A DNA stretch of 64,000 bases from an uncultured Fibrobacterota bacterium (GCA_964589825.1 CAZPUS010000011.1:18628-82627); one strand, 5' to 3'; counted from the stretch's first letter, positions 16,905-26,913 are shown. Notes: generated from the sequence alone by a model not told the origin. Numbers and translations: made by a program.

Positions 16905-17861
16905 ATGACGCAGGCTCGAATCGCTGTAGACGTAATGGGAGGTGATTACGGAACGCCGGTTCTGGTTGAAGGGGCTCTCCGAGCGCTTACACATGCAGAC
17001 GTTTCGGTAGAGCTTTTTTTGTGTGGCAACCGCACGCGTATCGAATCGGCGTTCGACGCATCCTCCTCCGAATATGGCAGCTGTATTCCACGCTGTCGTA
17101 TCGTAGATTGTCCCGAGGAGATTCAATCCTGCGACAGTCCCGCGCGGGTGTGGAAGCAAAAGCGCAAGGCATCTATTGTTCGGTGCATAAGTCTGCAACG
17201 GGAAGGGGAAGTCGATGCATCCGTAAGTGCGGGTGATACAGGCATACTCATGAGCGCTGCATTATTCGTGCTGGGAAGAAAAGAGGGGGTCAGCAGGCCC
17301 GCACTCGGTGTGCTTCTTCCGACCATTGCCGCATGTCCGTGTCTGCTTATAGATGTTGGCGCAAATGTGAACAGTAGAGGAACGCATCTTGTTGAGTTCG
17401 CACATATGGGATGCGATTATTTCATCAGCCATTTTGGTGCGCATGAACCCTCTGTTGCATTACTCAACATCGGTGAGGAGCCTTTGAAGGGAACGCGGGC
17501 GTTGGCACAGGCGGATGCGTGTCTCGGACAGCGGATGCCATCCGGGTACCGGGGCTATATAGAAGCAAATCAGGTGCTTACCGGAGATGTGGATGTTATC
17601 GTGTGTAATGGATTCGTGGGAAATGTACTGCTTAAAGCGTACGAGAGCTTTTATGTGGTAATGGGTTCGGTACTTCGTTCTTCGAACAAACAACTCAGCG
17701 ATCACCTTTCGAATGCGATGAGCATATTCAATCCTGAGCGGTACGGTGCGGCCCCGCTTCTGGGAGTGAACGGCATCGTACTTAAGGCGCATGGCGGCTC
17801 AACTGCCACCGCCTTTTCGAATGCAGTGCAAAATACCATTGCGCATATACATACGATTTGA
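16905..17861 (+). CDS. plsX: Phosphate acyltransferase PlsX
   Basis: 318-aa ORF with PlsX blocks (IAVDVMGGDYG; SAGDTGILMSAA; NIGEE..KG; GFVGNVLLK; LKAHGGS). Confidence 0.9.
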   Translation: MTQARIAVDVMGGDYGTPVLVEGALRALTHADVSVELFLCGNRTRIESAFDASSSEYGSCIPRCRIVDCPEEIQSCDSPARVWKQKRKASIVRCISLQREGEVDASVSAGDTGILMSAALFVLGRKEGVSRPALGVLLPTIAACPCLLIDVGANVNSRGTHLVEFAHMGCDYFISHFGAHEPSVALLNIGEEPLKGTRALAQADACLGQRMPSGYRGYIEANQVLTGDVDVIVCNGFVGNVLLKAYESFYVVMGSVLRSSNKQLSDHLSNAMSIFNPERYGAAPLLGVNGIVLKAHGGSTATAFSNAVQNTIAHIHTI

Positions 17862-17867
17862 TACGAA

Positions 17868-18050
17868 CCTGCACTGAGCGATTTTATATGCGAAACCCGC
17901 TGCCATCCGCACTGATCTTGCGTTATCCGGTAACAATGAGCAGGCCGACGAGAGTGGCCGTTCATTGTGAAGTACGCAATAACAGTACCGTTCACCGCAT
18001 CTTTCATCAAAACAATCGTTTTGTTTCGCACAAAAAACCGAATATTCAGA
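17868..18050 (+). mobile_element. TIR element copy B (plsX-fabD spacer)
   Basis: It aligns over its length with the other copies (CCTGCACTGAGCGATTTTATATGCGAAACCCGCTGCCATCCGCAC...CAATAACAGTACCGTTCACCGCATCTTTCATCAAAACAATCG...). The right end is partly duplicated/degraded (AACCGAATATTCAG). Confidence 0.7.
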
Positions 18051-18081
18051 AATAATATCATCATAAGCGTGAGGTGTACAT

Positions 18082-19014
18082 ATGACAAAAGACGCTGTCG
18101 TATTCCCGGGGCAGGGATCACAGACAGTCGGAATGGGGAAGGGCTTTTTTGACGCATACGAAGAAGCGCGTGCTATCTATACCATTGGCGCGAAGGTGCT
18201 GGGTATCGACATTGCTGCCCTGTGTTTCGAAGGGCCCAAAGAAGAGCTGCTGCGCACATACAACACCCAGATTGCGCTTTTTACCACGGAAGCGGCGATC
18301 AGCGCGGTGCTGTCGGCAAAGGGAGTTAAAGCGGCATTTACCGCAGGGCACTCTCTGGGGGAATACAGTGCGTTGTTTCACAGCGGTGCACTTGGCTTCG
18401 AAGATGGTTTGCGGCTTGTCGCCGCACGGGCTCAGCTTATGGATCAATCCACAAAGGAGACCGACGGAGCAATGGCTGCAGTGATCGGTCTGTCGGCACA
18501 TACGATCGATGAGGTGCTTTCGGGTATTACAAAAGGGTGTGTAGTTCGTGCCAACCAGAACAGTCCGGTGCAGACAGTGATATCCGGCGATACGGCATCG
18601 GTCGATGCAGCATGTGACGCTCTGAAAAATGCAGGAGCAAAACGCTGCAAGCACCTTGCGGTCAGCGGCGCGTTCCATTCACCGCTGATGCAGCATGCGG
18701 CCGATGAATTCGCAAAGGAGATAGAACAGGTGGAGTTTCGCAGGCCAGAAATCCCGGTGATCCCGAATACCACCGCGACGCCCGTCAGTGAGCCCGATCA
18801 GATTAAATTTGCCCTGATACACCAGATTACTTCACCGGTTCGCTGGGTAGAGACCGTGCAGACGATGTCTGCACAGGGGGTAGGCCGGTGTATGGAAGCC
18901 GGACCCGGAACGGTGCTTAAGGGATTGATTCGCAAAACGGACGATTCGCTGGAGGTTGTGTCGGTGCATACAGTCGACGACATACCCGGAGAGCACGCCG
19001 GTGGCGTTTCCTGA
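18082..19014 (+). CDS. fabD: Malonyl-CoA:ACP transacylase
   Basis: 310-aa ORF with FPGQGSQ, the active-site GHSLGEYSAL and the AFHSPLM blocks. Confidence 0.9.
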   Translation: MTKDAVVFPGQGSQTVGMGKGFFDAYEEARAIYTIGAKVLGIDIAALCFEGPKEELLRTYNTQIALFTTEAAISAVLSAKGVKAAFTAGHSLGEYSALFHSGALGFEDGLRLVAARAQLMDQSTKETDGAMAAVIGLSAHTIDEVLSGITKGCVVRANQNSPVQTVISGDTASVDAACDALKNAGAKRCKHLAVSGAFHSPLMQHAADEFAKEIEQVEFRRPEIPVIPNTTATPVSEPDQIKFALIHQITSPVRWVETVQTMSAQGVGRCMEAGPGTVLKGLIRKTDDSLEVVSVHTVDDIPGEHAGGVS

Positions 19015-19157
19015 GCCGTAGTAAGTGAAAGCAACTGTGTGGCGGCGGAAGATACGCCGATTCTATTCCTTGCACCAGCGAATCGAGGATGAATTTTGTA
19101 TGTGCGGCCGGCCGGTATTGTTCACATAACTGGTGTGTTGTAATGTATTTTATGTTA

Positions 19158-19319
19158 CCTGAGCAGAGCGATTTTGTGTGTGCGATTCGTTGTCATCTGC
19201 ACAGCTGTTTCGTCCCCGGAACAATGAACCGACCAACAAGGTTGATCCGTTATTTCCGAGAATACAATAACAGTACGATTCACCGCAGCGTTAATAAAAT
19301 AGGATCGCTCGGTGCAGGT
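19158..19319 (+). mobile_element. TIR element copy C (fabD-fabG spacer)
   Basis: The left end is CCTGAGCAGAGCGATTTTGTGTG and the right end is GATCGCTCGGTGCAGGT. Internal blocks ATGAACCGACCAACAAGG and CAATAACAGTACGATTCACCGCAGCG are present. The flanking 4-mers are GTTA/GTAA (3 of 4 identical). Confidence 0.8.
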
Positions 19320-19374
19320 GTAAATGTTTTATACCATTGTGCACGCGTGATGATGAAATAAAGGAGATGAACCT

Positions 19375-20121
19375 ATGATTTCGCTGGAAGGCAAAAAGGC
19401 TCTTATTACCGGGGCCGGAAGAGGAATAGGCAAGGACATCGCCACGACACTGGCGCAGGCCGGCGCGGATCTGGCACTCTGTGATGTCGATAAGGACACG
19501 GCGGAAGCCACTGCAAAGCAGATCGAAGAGGTGAGTGGGCGTAACGTGAGTGCACATCGCTGTGATGTTGCCGACTCTTCGCAGGTGAAGGAATTATTCG
19601 ATAAGGTAGTGCATCTGCACGGGAGCCTCGATGTGCTGGTAAACAATGCGGGCATAACCCGTGATAATCTGGTGATGCGCATGAAGGAAGAAGACTGGGA
19701 CAATGTATTGCGGGTAAATCTGAAAAGTGCATACTTGTGCAGCAAAGAGGCGATACGGGTGATGATCAAGGCCCGAAGCGGAAAAATTGTAAATATTGCA
19801 TCCGTGGTTGGATTGATGGGTAATGCGGGACAGGCCAACTATGCCGCGTCAAAGGGCGGTATGATTTCGCTGACCAAGACTCTTGCCAGGGAACTGGGAC
19901 CACGGGGAATCCAGGTCAATGCAGTAGCACCGGGATTTATTTCATCCGCAATGACAGAAAAATTATCCGAAAAAGTCCGGGATGCCATGATTAATCAGAT
20001 ACCTCTCAGCAGCTTTGGTACAACGCAGGATGTCGCAAATGCCGTGGCCTTCCTCAGCTCGGATATGGCCGGATATGTAACCGGCCATGTATTGAACGTG
20101 GATGGCGGAATGGCAATGTAG
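19375..20121 (+). CDS. fabG: 3-oxoacyl-ACP reductase
   Basis: 248-aa SDR with TGAGRGIG, NNAG and the catalytic Y-x3-K (YAASKGG). It sits in a fab operon. Confidence 0.9.
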   Translation: MISLEGKKALITGAGRGIGKDIATTLAQAGADLALCDVDKDTAEATAKQIEEVSGRNVSAHRCDVADSSQVKELFDKVVHLHGSLDVLVNNAGITRDNLVMRMKEEDWDNVLRVNLKSAYLCSKEAIRVMIKARSGKIVNIASVVGLMGNAGQANYAASKGGMISLTKTLARELGPRGIQVNAVAPGFISSAMTEKLSEKVRDAMINQIPLSSFGTTQDVANAVAFLSSDMAGYVTGHVLNVDGGMAM

Positions 20122-20130
20122 GGGTGTATA

Positions 20131-20213
20131 CCTGAGCAAAGCGATTTTGTGTGTGAAATTTGCCGTCATTTATACCGCACGAGTGTTCCCTTATAATGAT
20201 GAGTCAACCATTA
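20131..20213 (+). repeat. Left-half copy of the TIR element (copy D, fabG-acpP spacer)
   Basis: CCTGAGCAAAGCGATTTTGTGTGTGAAATTTGCCGTCATTTATACCGCAC...CCCTTATAATGATGAGTCAACCA matches the left ~85 bp of the family, then the similarity ends. Confidence 0.6.
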
Positions 20214-20278
20214 ATATGTAAGGAGATGACGAAGATTTCATAAATTATTATTTCAACGTATATATCCAATGAAAGGAG

Positions 20279-20518
20279 TTGGGAGTGAGTGACAACGAAA
20301 AGAAGGTAAAAGAAATTATCGCCGAAAAACTCGGGGTAGAAGAAGCCAAAGTAACGCCCGATGCATCATTTGTCGATGATCTTGGTGCTGATTCTCTTGA
20401 TCAGGTAGAGCTTATCATGGCGTTCGAAGATGAATTCGACGTGGAAATTCCTGATGAAGATGCGGAAAAGCTGCAGACTGTGCAGGATGCGCTCAACTAC
20501 CTGGAAAACAAATTATAG
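20279..20518 (+). CDS. acpP: Acyl carrier protein
   Basis: 79-aa acidic ORF with the phosphopantetheine site DLGADSLD. The start is non-ATG (TTG) as given in the track. Confidence 0.9.
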   Translation: MGVSDNEKKVKEIIAEKLGVEEAKVTPDASFVDDLGADSLDQVELIMAFEDEFDVEIPDEDAEKLQTVQDALNYLENKL

Positions 20519-20527
20519 GCCGATGAA

Positions 20528-20569
20528 AGTACCCTGCACCGGTGTATGCCGGTGCGGAGTGTACTTTTT
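20528..20569 (+). terminator. Rho-independent terminator / attenuator after acpP
   Basis: AGTAC-CCTGCACCGG-tgtatg-CCGGTGCGG-a-GTACT is followed by TTTT. It lies 10 nt after the acpP stop, the classical position of a partial terminator between acpP and fabF. Confidence 0.6.
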
Positions 20570-20852
20570 GTAGTGACCCGGCGTTGATTATTCCGATACA
20601 TGCGCGACGTTTCGGTTTTTGTGGCAGCTATGACGGATAACCTTTTTATGGAGACAATGGTATATTGTGTGCATTGAAGCCGTACCAACGCGTTCCCGGC
20701 AGTGTATCTTTTTCGTGTGCGCAGCAATGCAGTTCTCGTGTGACAGTATTACGTCACGGCATAGATTCGAATAATGGAGCACGGGCTGACGTGTTACGGT
20801 ATATGCACTTTTCTAACATGATATTCAACAACCACATCAGGAAAAAGAGTGT

Positions 20853-22094
20853 ATGACAAAGAGAGTCGTTGTTACAGGGATGGGGGTAGTAAGCCCGGTG
20901 GGCAACGGGGTCGAGACCTTCTGGAATTCGCTGCGCCGCGGTGACTGCGGTATCGGCCGAATTGAAGCATTCGACACATCCGAATATCCTTCTCAGATCG
21001 GTGGAGAATCACAGATGCCCGATTTGAGTGATGTGATAGATAAAAAAGAAGCCCGTCGCACCTCGCGGTTTATTCTTTTTGCGCTTGGGGCAGCGGATAT
21101 GGCAATGAAGCAGGCAGGACTCGGGTCATTCAGTCCGAATGATCCGACACGTTGCGCGACCATCATAGGTTCGGGTATCGGCGGACTCGGGTTTCTTGAA
21201 GAACAGCACAAAAAGTTGGTAACACGACATCCCTCCCGTGTGTCACCTTTTCTTATTCCAATGATGATACCCGATATGGCATCTGGTCGTGTCTCGATTC
21301 AGTATGGATTCAAAGGGCCAAATTACGCCACGGTGACTGCGTGCGCTTCTGGTGGACATGCGATAGGGGAGACCTACCAGAAGATAAAAAACGATGCAGT
21401 GGACATCGCGATTACCGGAGGTGCTGAATCGACAATTACGCCGCTCGCACTGGCAGGTTTTTCGAATATGAAAGCGCTGTCAACACGAAACGACGATCCG
21501 AAAAGTGCCAGCCGGCCATTTGACAAGGAACGGGACGGATTTGTAATGGCGGAAGGAGCGGGTATCCTGATTCTGGAAAGCCTGGAGCACGCCCGGCAAC
21601 GTAATGCCACTATACTCGGTGAAGTCATCGGGTACGGCTCCTCGGGCGACGCCTATCATATAACGGCTCCCCAACCGGACGGATCCGGTATGGCAGCGGC
21701 ATTGTCGGGAGCGCTTGATGATGCGGGGGTTCAGCCCGAAACAATTGAGTATATTAATGCGCACGGTACGTCGACGCCGCCCAACGATAAAATCGAGACG
21801 GCTGCAATGAAGACGGTGTTTGGTGACGTCATTCATTCAGTAAGTATCAGCTCGACAAAATCGATGACCGGCCACCTTCTGGGTGCTTCCGGAGGTATCG
21901 AGTGCATTGCTACCTTATGCGCACTGCGGGACGGGTTCATACCACCAACAATAAACTATCAGAATCCGGATCCGGAGTGTGATCTTGACTATACTCCCAA
22001 TACCGGCAAAAACCGTACGATTGAGTATGCGGTATCCAACTCGTTTGGATTCGGCGGGCATAACGCATCTTTGATTCTTAAAAAATATGTATGA
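20853..22094 (+). CDS. fabF: 3-oxoacyl-ACP synthase II
   Basis: 413-aa ORF with KAS II blocks (VVVTGMGVVSP; the active-site ACASG; NAHGTSTP; GHLLGASG; NSFGFGGHN). Confidence 0.9.
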   Translation: MTKRVVVTGMGVVSPVGNGVETFWNSLRRGDCGIGRIEAFDTSEYPSQIGGESQMPDLSDVIDKKEARRTSRFILFALGAADMAMKQAGLGSFSPNDPTRCATIIGSGIGGLGFLEEQHKKLVTRHPSRVSPFLIPMMIPDMASGRVSIQYGFKGPNYATVTACASGGHAIGETYQKIKNDAVDIAITGGAESTITPLALAGFSNMKALSTRNDDPKSASRPFDKERDGFVMAEGAGILILESLEHARQRNATILGEVIGYGSSGDAYHITAPQPDGSGMAAALSGALDDAGVQPETIEYINAHGTSTPPNDKIETAAMKTVFGDVIHSVSISSTKSMTGHLLGASGGIECIATLCALRDGFIPPTINYQNPDPECDLDYTPNTGKNRTIEYAVSNSFGFGGHNASLILKKYV

Positions 22095-22887
22095 TCGTAT
22101 TTTCTGTCTTCTCACCAATCTGTTCAATAAATTCGGTATAACCAGCCGGGATGCAGGCCGGTGCAGGTCTGCATCCGGCGTTGGGGAGATAGAGGCGATT
22201 CTCGGGTATCGGTTCGAAAAACCCTCTTTGTGTCTGAATGCGCTGATACATAGATCGCATCCCTCCTGCAAAAATCACGGTGATTATTCTGCATCAAATG
22301 AACGACTCGAATTTCTGGGTGACGCGGTTCTTGACTGTTGTGTGGCCCATTATCTGTTTGAAAGATATCCCTCCAAGACCGAAGGAACGCTTTCTAAAAT
22401 TAAATCACTGGTGGTAAGCCGGAAAATTTTGGCACAGATTGCCGAGGGACTGGGGCTGGGGCCGTATATCTGTATGGGTGTATCCGAGGAAGAGACGGGC
22501 GGGCGTAAAAAAGTATCCATACTTGCCAATACATTCGAGGCCATAATCGGCGCCATGTATCTTGATGCCGGCATAGAGCCGGTCGATCGTTTTCTGGAAC
22601 GGTCTCTTTATTCACGTATCGAGGGGTTCCTAAAGGAGACCGAAAATATCAATTATAAAAGCAAGCTCATGGAGCGTTCGCAGAAAAGCGGGTTCGGCAT
22701 TCCGATATACCAGTTGATACGCACGCAGGGACCCGAGCATAAAAAAATATTTACTATGAGCGTGTGGATTAATAAGCAGAAGGTAGGAGAGGGCACAGGA
22801 ATGAACAAAAAAGAAGCGGAACAGAAGGCGGCAAAGCAGGCTTTGCAGCAAAAAGGACTCTTCAGAAACCACGATTCACTGTCTTAA
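22087..22887 (+). CDS. rnc: Ribonuclease III
   Basis: 266-aa ORF with the RNase III signature ERLEFLGDAVL and a C-terminal dsRBD (GPEHKKIFTMSVWIN...GTGMNKKEAEQKAAKQAL). It overlaps the fabF stop by 8 nt. Confidence 0.85.
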   Translation: MYDRIFCLLTNLFNKFGITSRDAGRCRSASGVGEIEAILGYRFEKPSLCLNALIHRSHPSCKNHGDYSASNERLEFLGDAVLDCCVAHYLFERYPSKTEGTLSKIKSLVVSRKILAQIAEGLGLGPYICMGVSEEETGGRKKVSILANTFEAIIGAMYLDAGIEPVDRFLERSLYSRIEGFLKETENINYKSKLMERSQKSGFGIPIYQLIRTQGPEHKKIFTMSVWINKQKVGEGTGMNKKEAEQKAAKQALQQKGLFRNHDSLS

Positions 22888-23216
22888 AAAGCGCAATGAA
22901 GCCCAGCGCCGCGATTGTGCTGCTATATATACAGCAATACCGATCTGCTATTATTTTGGCGAGGAGGATTCAACGCATAATTAACAGCAGTATCGCATTG
23001 GTGGGGTGCAGTGGGCGTTGTAGACAACACGGATCGGTTCATGATACAGAAAACAGCGTCGTGAGATATGCACCCTCTCCGGATCGTTCTGGTTACCCGG
23101 AAATATCGGACTTTGGTCCCTGTCCTTCTGGTTTTGTCGAATCCGAAATGAGCTGCACGGTACTAAAACGTGAGCATCTTCAGGGGTATCCACATGAACA
23201 CCTGAAACCTCAGAGG

Positions 23217-24572
23217 TTATTTCTCCCTGCATATCAACTCGTTATGGCTTGAGAGCCACAGGTCGAACACATCCCGGGCACGGGTGCATATTCTCGTTTT
23301 TTTCTCTTTTTTCGGCCATTTCTTTTTCCCGGGAGGTGGTGCGATCGGAGGGAAAAGTCCGAAATGGACATTGCTGGGAGAAAAAGTGGTATCCGATGAA
23401 TCCACAATATGACGATGAAGTGCGCCGAGTGCGGTTTCGGGAGGCGGGGGACGAAGCTGCGTATGGCGCAGTGCTGCATGTACGAACAGCGCGGTGAGGT
23501 GGCCGGTCGCGATGCTTTCGGTATATCCTTCGTTTCCACAGAGTTGCCCGGCGATATAAATACCCGGTATGTGTTTCAAATTCATGGTGGGACGGAGATG
23601 GCGGGGGGAATTGATGTAAGTATTACGGTGGATACTGCCGTAGCGGAGAAAATGCGCATGTTCGAGTCCGGGGATCAGATGGAACACTTTTTTTTGTGAC
23701 CCGATAGTGAGTCTGGTCTGACATCCTACGAGATTGAAGGCATAGCCGCCATGATCCTCCCGTCGAAGCTGACATACCGCATACGGACGTGAATTGGTGT
23801 GTGGATTGTGGAGACCGATGGGGCGCATCGGGCCGAATGCAAGCGCCTGTTTGCCTCTGCGGGCGATCACTTCAATTGGAAGGCATGATTCAAAATACTT
23901 GTGATCTTCAAAGGAATGCGCGCGTACCGTATCGGCCTCTGTCAAAGCCCGGTAAAAACGTTCGAATTGGCTATGATCGAACGGGCAGTTGACGTAATCG
24001 GTTGCATCCGGCATTCGACGTGACGCGCAGAATGCGGTATTCATATCAATAGAGTCGCCTTCTACAATAGGTGCGATCGCATCGTAGAAATAAAAATGAG
24101 CATCACCGAGACGGCTCTGAAGCCAACCGGAAAGTGCGTGGCTGGTAAGAGGACCGGAAGCGAGAATGACCGGGGACGGCATTCCGTCCAGACTGGTGCA
24201 TTCCTTTTCAACACGCTCAATGCGGGGATGATCGTTGAGCTGTGTATCTATCGCATCGCTGAATCGACTACGGTTTACCGCGAGCGCACTGCCCGCAGCC
24301 ACCGCGTGATGTTGCGCTTCGCGTAAAAGCGGGCTGTTACATTTTTGAAGTTCTTGTTTCAGAAGTCCGGGACCACTGGGGAGCGCCTTGGATCGAAGTG
24401 AATTCGAACAGACCAGTTCCGCCGCTTTACCGCTTTGGTGGGCGGGGGTCATCGTAGAAGGACGCATTTCGTAAAGGGTTACCTTAATGCCCATACGTGC
24501 ACATACCAGTGCCGCTTCACTTCCCGCAAGCCCTGCACCGATGATTGTTACATGCAAATCAGTCTCATTCAT
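23217..24572 (-). CDS. trmFO: Methylenetetrahydrofolate--tRNA-(uracil54-C5)-methyltransferase
   Basis: 451-aa ORF with the FAD-binding IIGAGLAGSEAA motif and TrmFO/Gid blocks (LVCSNSLRS; GQLCGNEGYTESIATG). Confidence 0.85.
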   Translation of the reverse strand: MNETDLHVTIIGAGLAGSEAALVCARMGIKVTLYEMRPSTMTPAHQSGKAAELVCSNSLRSKALPSGPGLLKQELQKCNSPLLREAQHHAVAAGSALAVNRSRFSDAIDTQLNDHPRIERVEKECTSLDGMPSPVILASGPLTSHALSGWLQSRLGDAHFYFYDAIAPIVEGDSIDMNTAFCASRRMPDATDYVNCPFDHSQFERFYRALTEADTVRAHSFEDHKYFESCLPIEVIARRGKQALAFGPMRPIGLHNPHTNSRPYAVCQLRREDHGGYAFNLVGCQTRLTIGSQKKVFHLIPGLEHAHFLRYGSIHRNTYINSPRHLRPTMNLKHIPGIYIAGQLCGNEGYTESIATGHLTALFVHAALRHTQLRPPPPETALGALHRHIVDSSDTTFSPSNVHFGLFPPIAPPPGKKKWPKKEKKTRICTRARDVFDLWLSSHNELICREK

Positions 24573-24599
24573 GGCAGCTGCATCTATGCAACGGTGCGA

Positions 24600-26831
24600 T
24601 TACGACTCATCCGCATCCTGTCGAGCCTTACACTGCGGACAGCGATAGTAGTTTCCCCGTGATTTCGTTTCTTTATAACCCATGACCGCGCAACCGCATT
24701 TTTCACATGTACGGGAAACGGGCTGGTCCCACATCGCGAACGTGCAGTCCGGGTAATTGCTGCATGAGTAGAAGATCTTACCCCGTCGTGACCGTCGTTC
24801 GGTAAGCTCTCCGTTGCACTCCTGCTGGGGACAACTAACACCGGTGGTGATAGGCTTGGTGTTGGTGCAGTCGGGATAGCGCGAACAGCCCATAAAGCGC
24901 CCGTTTCGGTGAGAAATGATAGACATCGGCGCACCGCATTTTTCACATGTTTCGTCGGTCAGCTGTTTTTCCTGTTCCAGTGGTTCGGTGTGCCTGCAGG
25001 AGGGAAAGCCCTCACAAGCGAGAAATTTACCGTTTTTTCCCCATTTGACAACCAGGTTATGTTCACCGCATTCCGGGCATATCCGATCGGTTCTTTCCTG
25101 GTATTGCTGTTTAAGCTCTTTTACCTTCGCTTTTGTCTGTTCAAGCTCATTGGCAAACGCCTCGTAAAACTGCGAGAGGGTGGTTTTCTCTTCCGCCTCA
25201 CCGGCCTCGATTTTGTCGAGTTTCTCTTCCATGTCGGCGGTAAAACCTACTTCGAAAATATCGCTGAATTCGCGTACAAGGATATTCTTCACGATGGATC
25301 CGAGTTCCGTGGGTATGAATCGCTTCTGCTCCATCTCGACATACTGGCGTTTTCTGAGTGTATCGATAATCTGGGAGTATGTACTCGGACGACCGATACC
25401 TTTTTGTTCGAGTTCCCGCACCAGAGATGCTTCAGAAAAACGCGCAGGTGGCTGCGTAAAGTGCTGATTCATTTCGATTTTTTGAGCCTCGACAGTGTCG
25501 TTCTCGCGCAGGTCGGGTAAGGTTTCGTTATGTTCCTCGCGTTCCTTTTCTTTATCGTCACTCCCTATTTCGTAAAGTTTGAGAAATCCGTCGAACGTAA
25601 GAATGGAGCCTGTTGCGCGAAAAATATAGCGATCTTTTTCCATGTCGATTCTCGTATTATCGAAAAGCGCATCGCTTGCCTGGGATGCCATGAAGCGTTT
25701 CCAGATGAGCGTGTAAAGTTTGAGCTGATCTGCGGAAAGATGATTTTTTATCGTTTCCGGGGAATATTCTTTTGATGTATATACCGGACGAATTGCCTCA
25801 TGCGCATCCTGTGCACCCTTCTTGCTTTTGAACATCCGGGGTTTTTCGGGTATGTACTCATCGCCTAATTGATTTCGCAGCAGCTCTCTTGCTCCCTGTA
25901 TCGCTTCGGTTGCCACACGGATAGAATCGGTACGCATGTAAGTGATAAGTCCCGTGGCACCTTCAGAGCCGATCTCGAGCCCTTCGTAGAGCTGTTGGGC
26001 GACCATCATTGTCTTTGATGCACTAAAACCCAGACGCCTGGCCGCGTCCTGTTGCAGGGTACTGGTAATGAACGGCGCATAAGGGCGACGGCGCTTCTGT
26101 TCTTTTTTTACCTCTTTTACGCGAAAACTCGCCCCTTTGACGGCATCATGCACTTGCTGCGCGCTTTTTTCATCGGGAATCTCCGGACTCTTTCCGTCGA
26201 TACTGTGAAGTCTTGCATGAAAGGTTTCGTTTTGAAAACGGCATATGCTCTCGATACTCCAGTACTCTTTTGCTTCAAAGGCCTCCCGTTGCTCCTCGCG
26301 TTCACAAATCAGCCTGAGTGCGACGGACTGTACCCGTCCCGCGCTCAGTCCGCGGTAGATTACTTTCCAGAGTACCGGTGATATCTGATAGCCGACTATT
26401 CTATCGAGAATACGGCGGGCTTCCTGGGCCGCGACGCGATTCATATCGAGTTCTTTGGGATTTTCTATTGCCTGTGTCACCGCTCGTTTGGTTATTTCGT
26501 TAAAGCTTACCCGTTTGATATTACCGTTTTTTGCAGAGATCTGATTGTAGACATGATAAGCGATCGCTTCTCCCTCCCGGTCGGGGTCAGGTGCGAGATA
26601 GACCATGTCTGCCGCCTCCGCCGCCTTTTTCAGTTTTGTCAGCACCCGTTTTTTCCCTTTTGAAATAATATATTTCGGGGTAAAATCGTGTTCGATATCG
26701 ACACCAAGCTCCTTGACCGGCAGATCGATAATATGCCCCATGGTTGCTTCCACACTGAAGTCTTTGCTCAGATACTTAGAAATGGTTTTACACTTTGCCG
26801 GTGACTCAACCACTACAAGGTTTTTACCCAT
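24600..26831 (-). CDS. topA: DNA topoisomerase I
   Basis: 743-aa ORF with a TOPRIM N-terminus (LVVVESPAKCKTISKYL), the active-site region (ITYMRTDS) and several C-terminal C4 zinc-ribbon repeats (CPECG...C; CEKCGAPM...C). Confidence 0.95.
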   Translation of the reverse strand: MGKNLVVVESPAKCKTISKYLSKDFSVEATMGHIIDLPVKELGVDIEHDFTPKYIISKGKKRVLTKLKKAAEAADMVYLAPDPDREGEAIAYHVYNQISAKNGNIKRVSFNEITKRAVTQAIENPKELDMNRVAAQEARRILDRIVGYQISPVLWKVIYRGLSAGRVQSVALRLICEREEQREAFEAKEYWSIESICRFQNETFHARLHSIDGKSPEIPDEKSAQQVHDAVKGASFRVKEVKKEQKRRRPYAPFITSTLQQDAARRLGFSASKTMMVAQQLYEGLEIGSEGATGLITYMRTDSIRVATEAIQGARELLRNQLGDEYIPEKPRMFKSKKGAQDAHEAIRPVYTSKEYSPETIKNHLSADQLKLYTLIWKRFMASQASDALFDNTRIDMEKDRYIFRATGSILTFDGFLKLYEIGSDDKEKEREEHNETLPDLRENDTVEAQKIEMNQHFTQPPARFSEASLVRELEQKGIGRPSTYSQIIDTLRKRQYVEMEQKRFIPTELGSIVKNILVREFSDIFEVGFTADMEEKLDKIEAGEAEEKTTLSQFYEAFANELEQTKAKVKELKQQYQERTDRICPECGEHNLVVKWGKNGKFLACEGFPSCRHTEPLEQEKQLTDETCEKCGAPMSIISHRNGRFMGCSRYPDCTNTKPITTGVSCPQQECNGELTERRSRRGKIFYSCSNYPDCTFAMWDQPVSRTCEKCGCAVMGYKETKSRGNYYRCPQCKARQDADES

Positions 26832-26913
26832 ACAAATTATCCTTCACTTATTAATTATTAATGCACTGACGCAATATACAAATACCGAACCAATGCGACG
26901 ATTTAAATTCCGG

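Noticed and set aside
17858-18055. Small ORFs inside the repeat copies (tracked ORFs 17858..18055, 19089..19361, 27577..27888 and 36717..36905) translate to similar peptides. Examples are MSRPTRVAVHCEVRNNSTVHRIFHQNNR, MNRPTRLIRYFREYNNSTIHRSV and MRQPTKSHHNIREHNSSAAHRSFYQNNR. This suggested an element-encoded micropeptide.
   Set aside because: The similarity only reflects nucleotide identity. Copy H has a stop at codon 3 (ATG AGA TAA). Copy K has CTG instead of ATG plus a frame-shifting indel. Inverted copies show no conserved frame. There is no consistent Shine-Dalgarno and no coding-type substitution pattern.
22905-23015. A possible additional, highly degenerate element copy in the rnc/trmFO convergent spacer (GCGATTGTGCTGC...CTATTATTTT...TTAACAGCAGTATCGC).
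   Set aside because: Only a few short blocks align. There are no recognisable TIRs and no CACCGCAG core. This is too weak to call by eye and needs an HMM scan.
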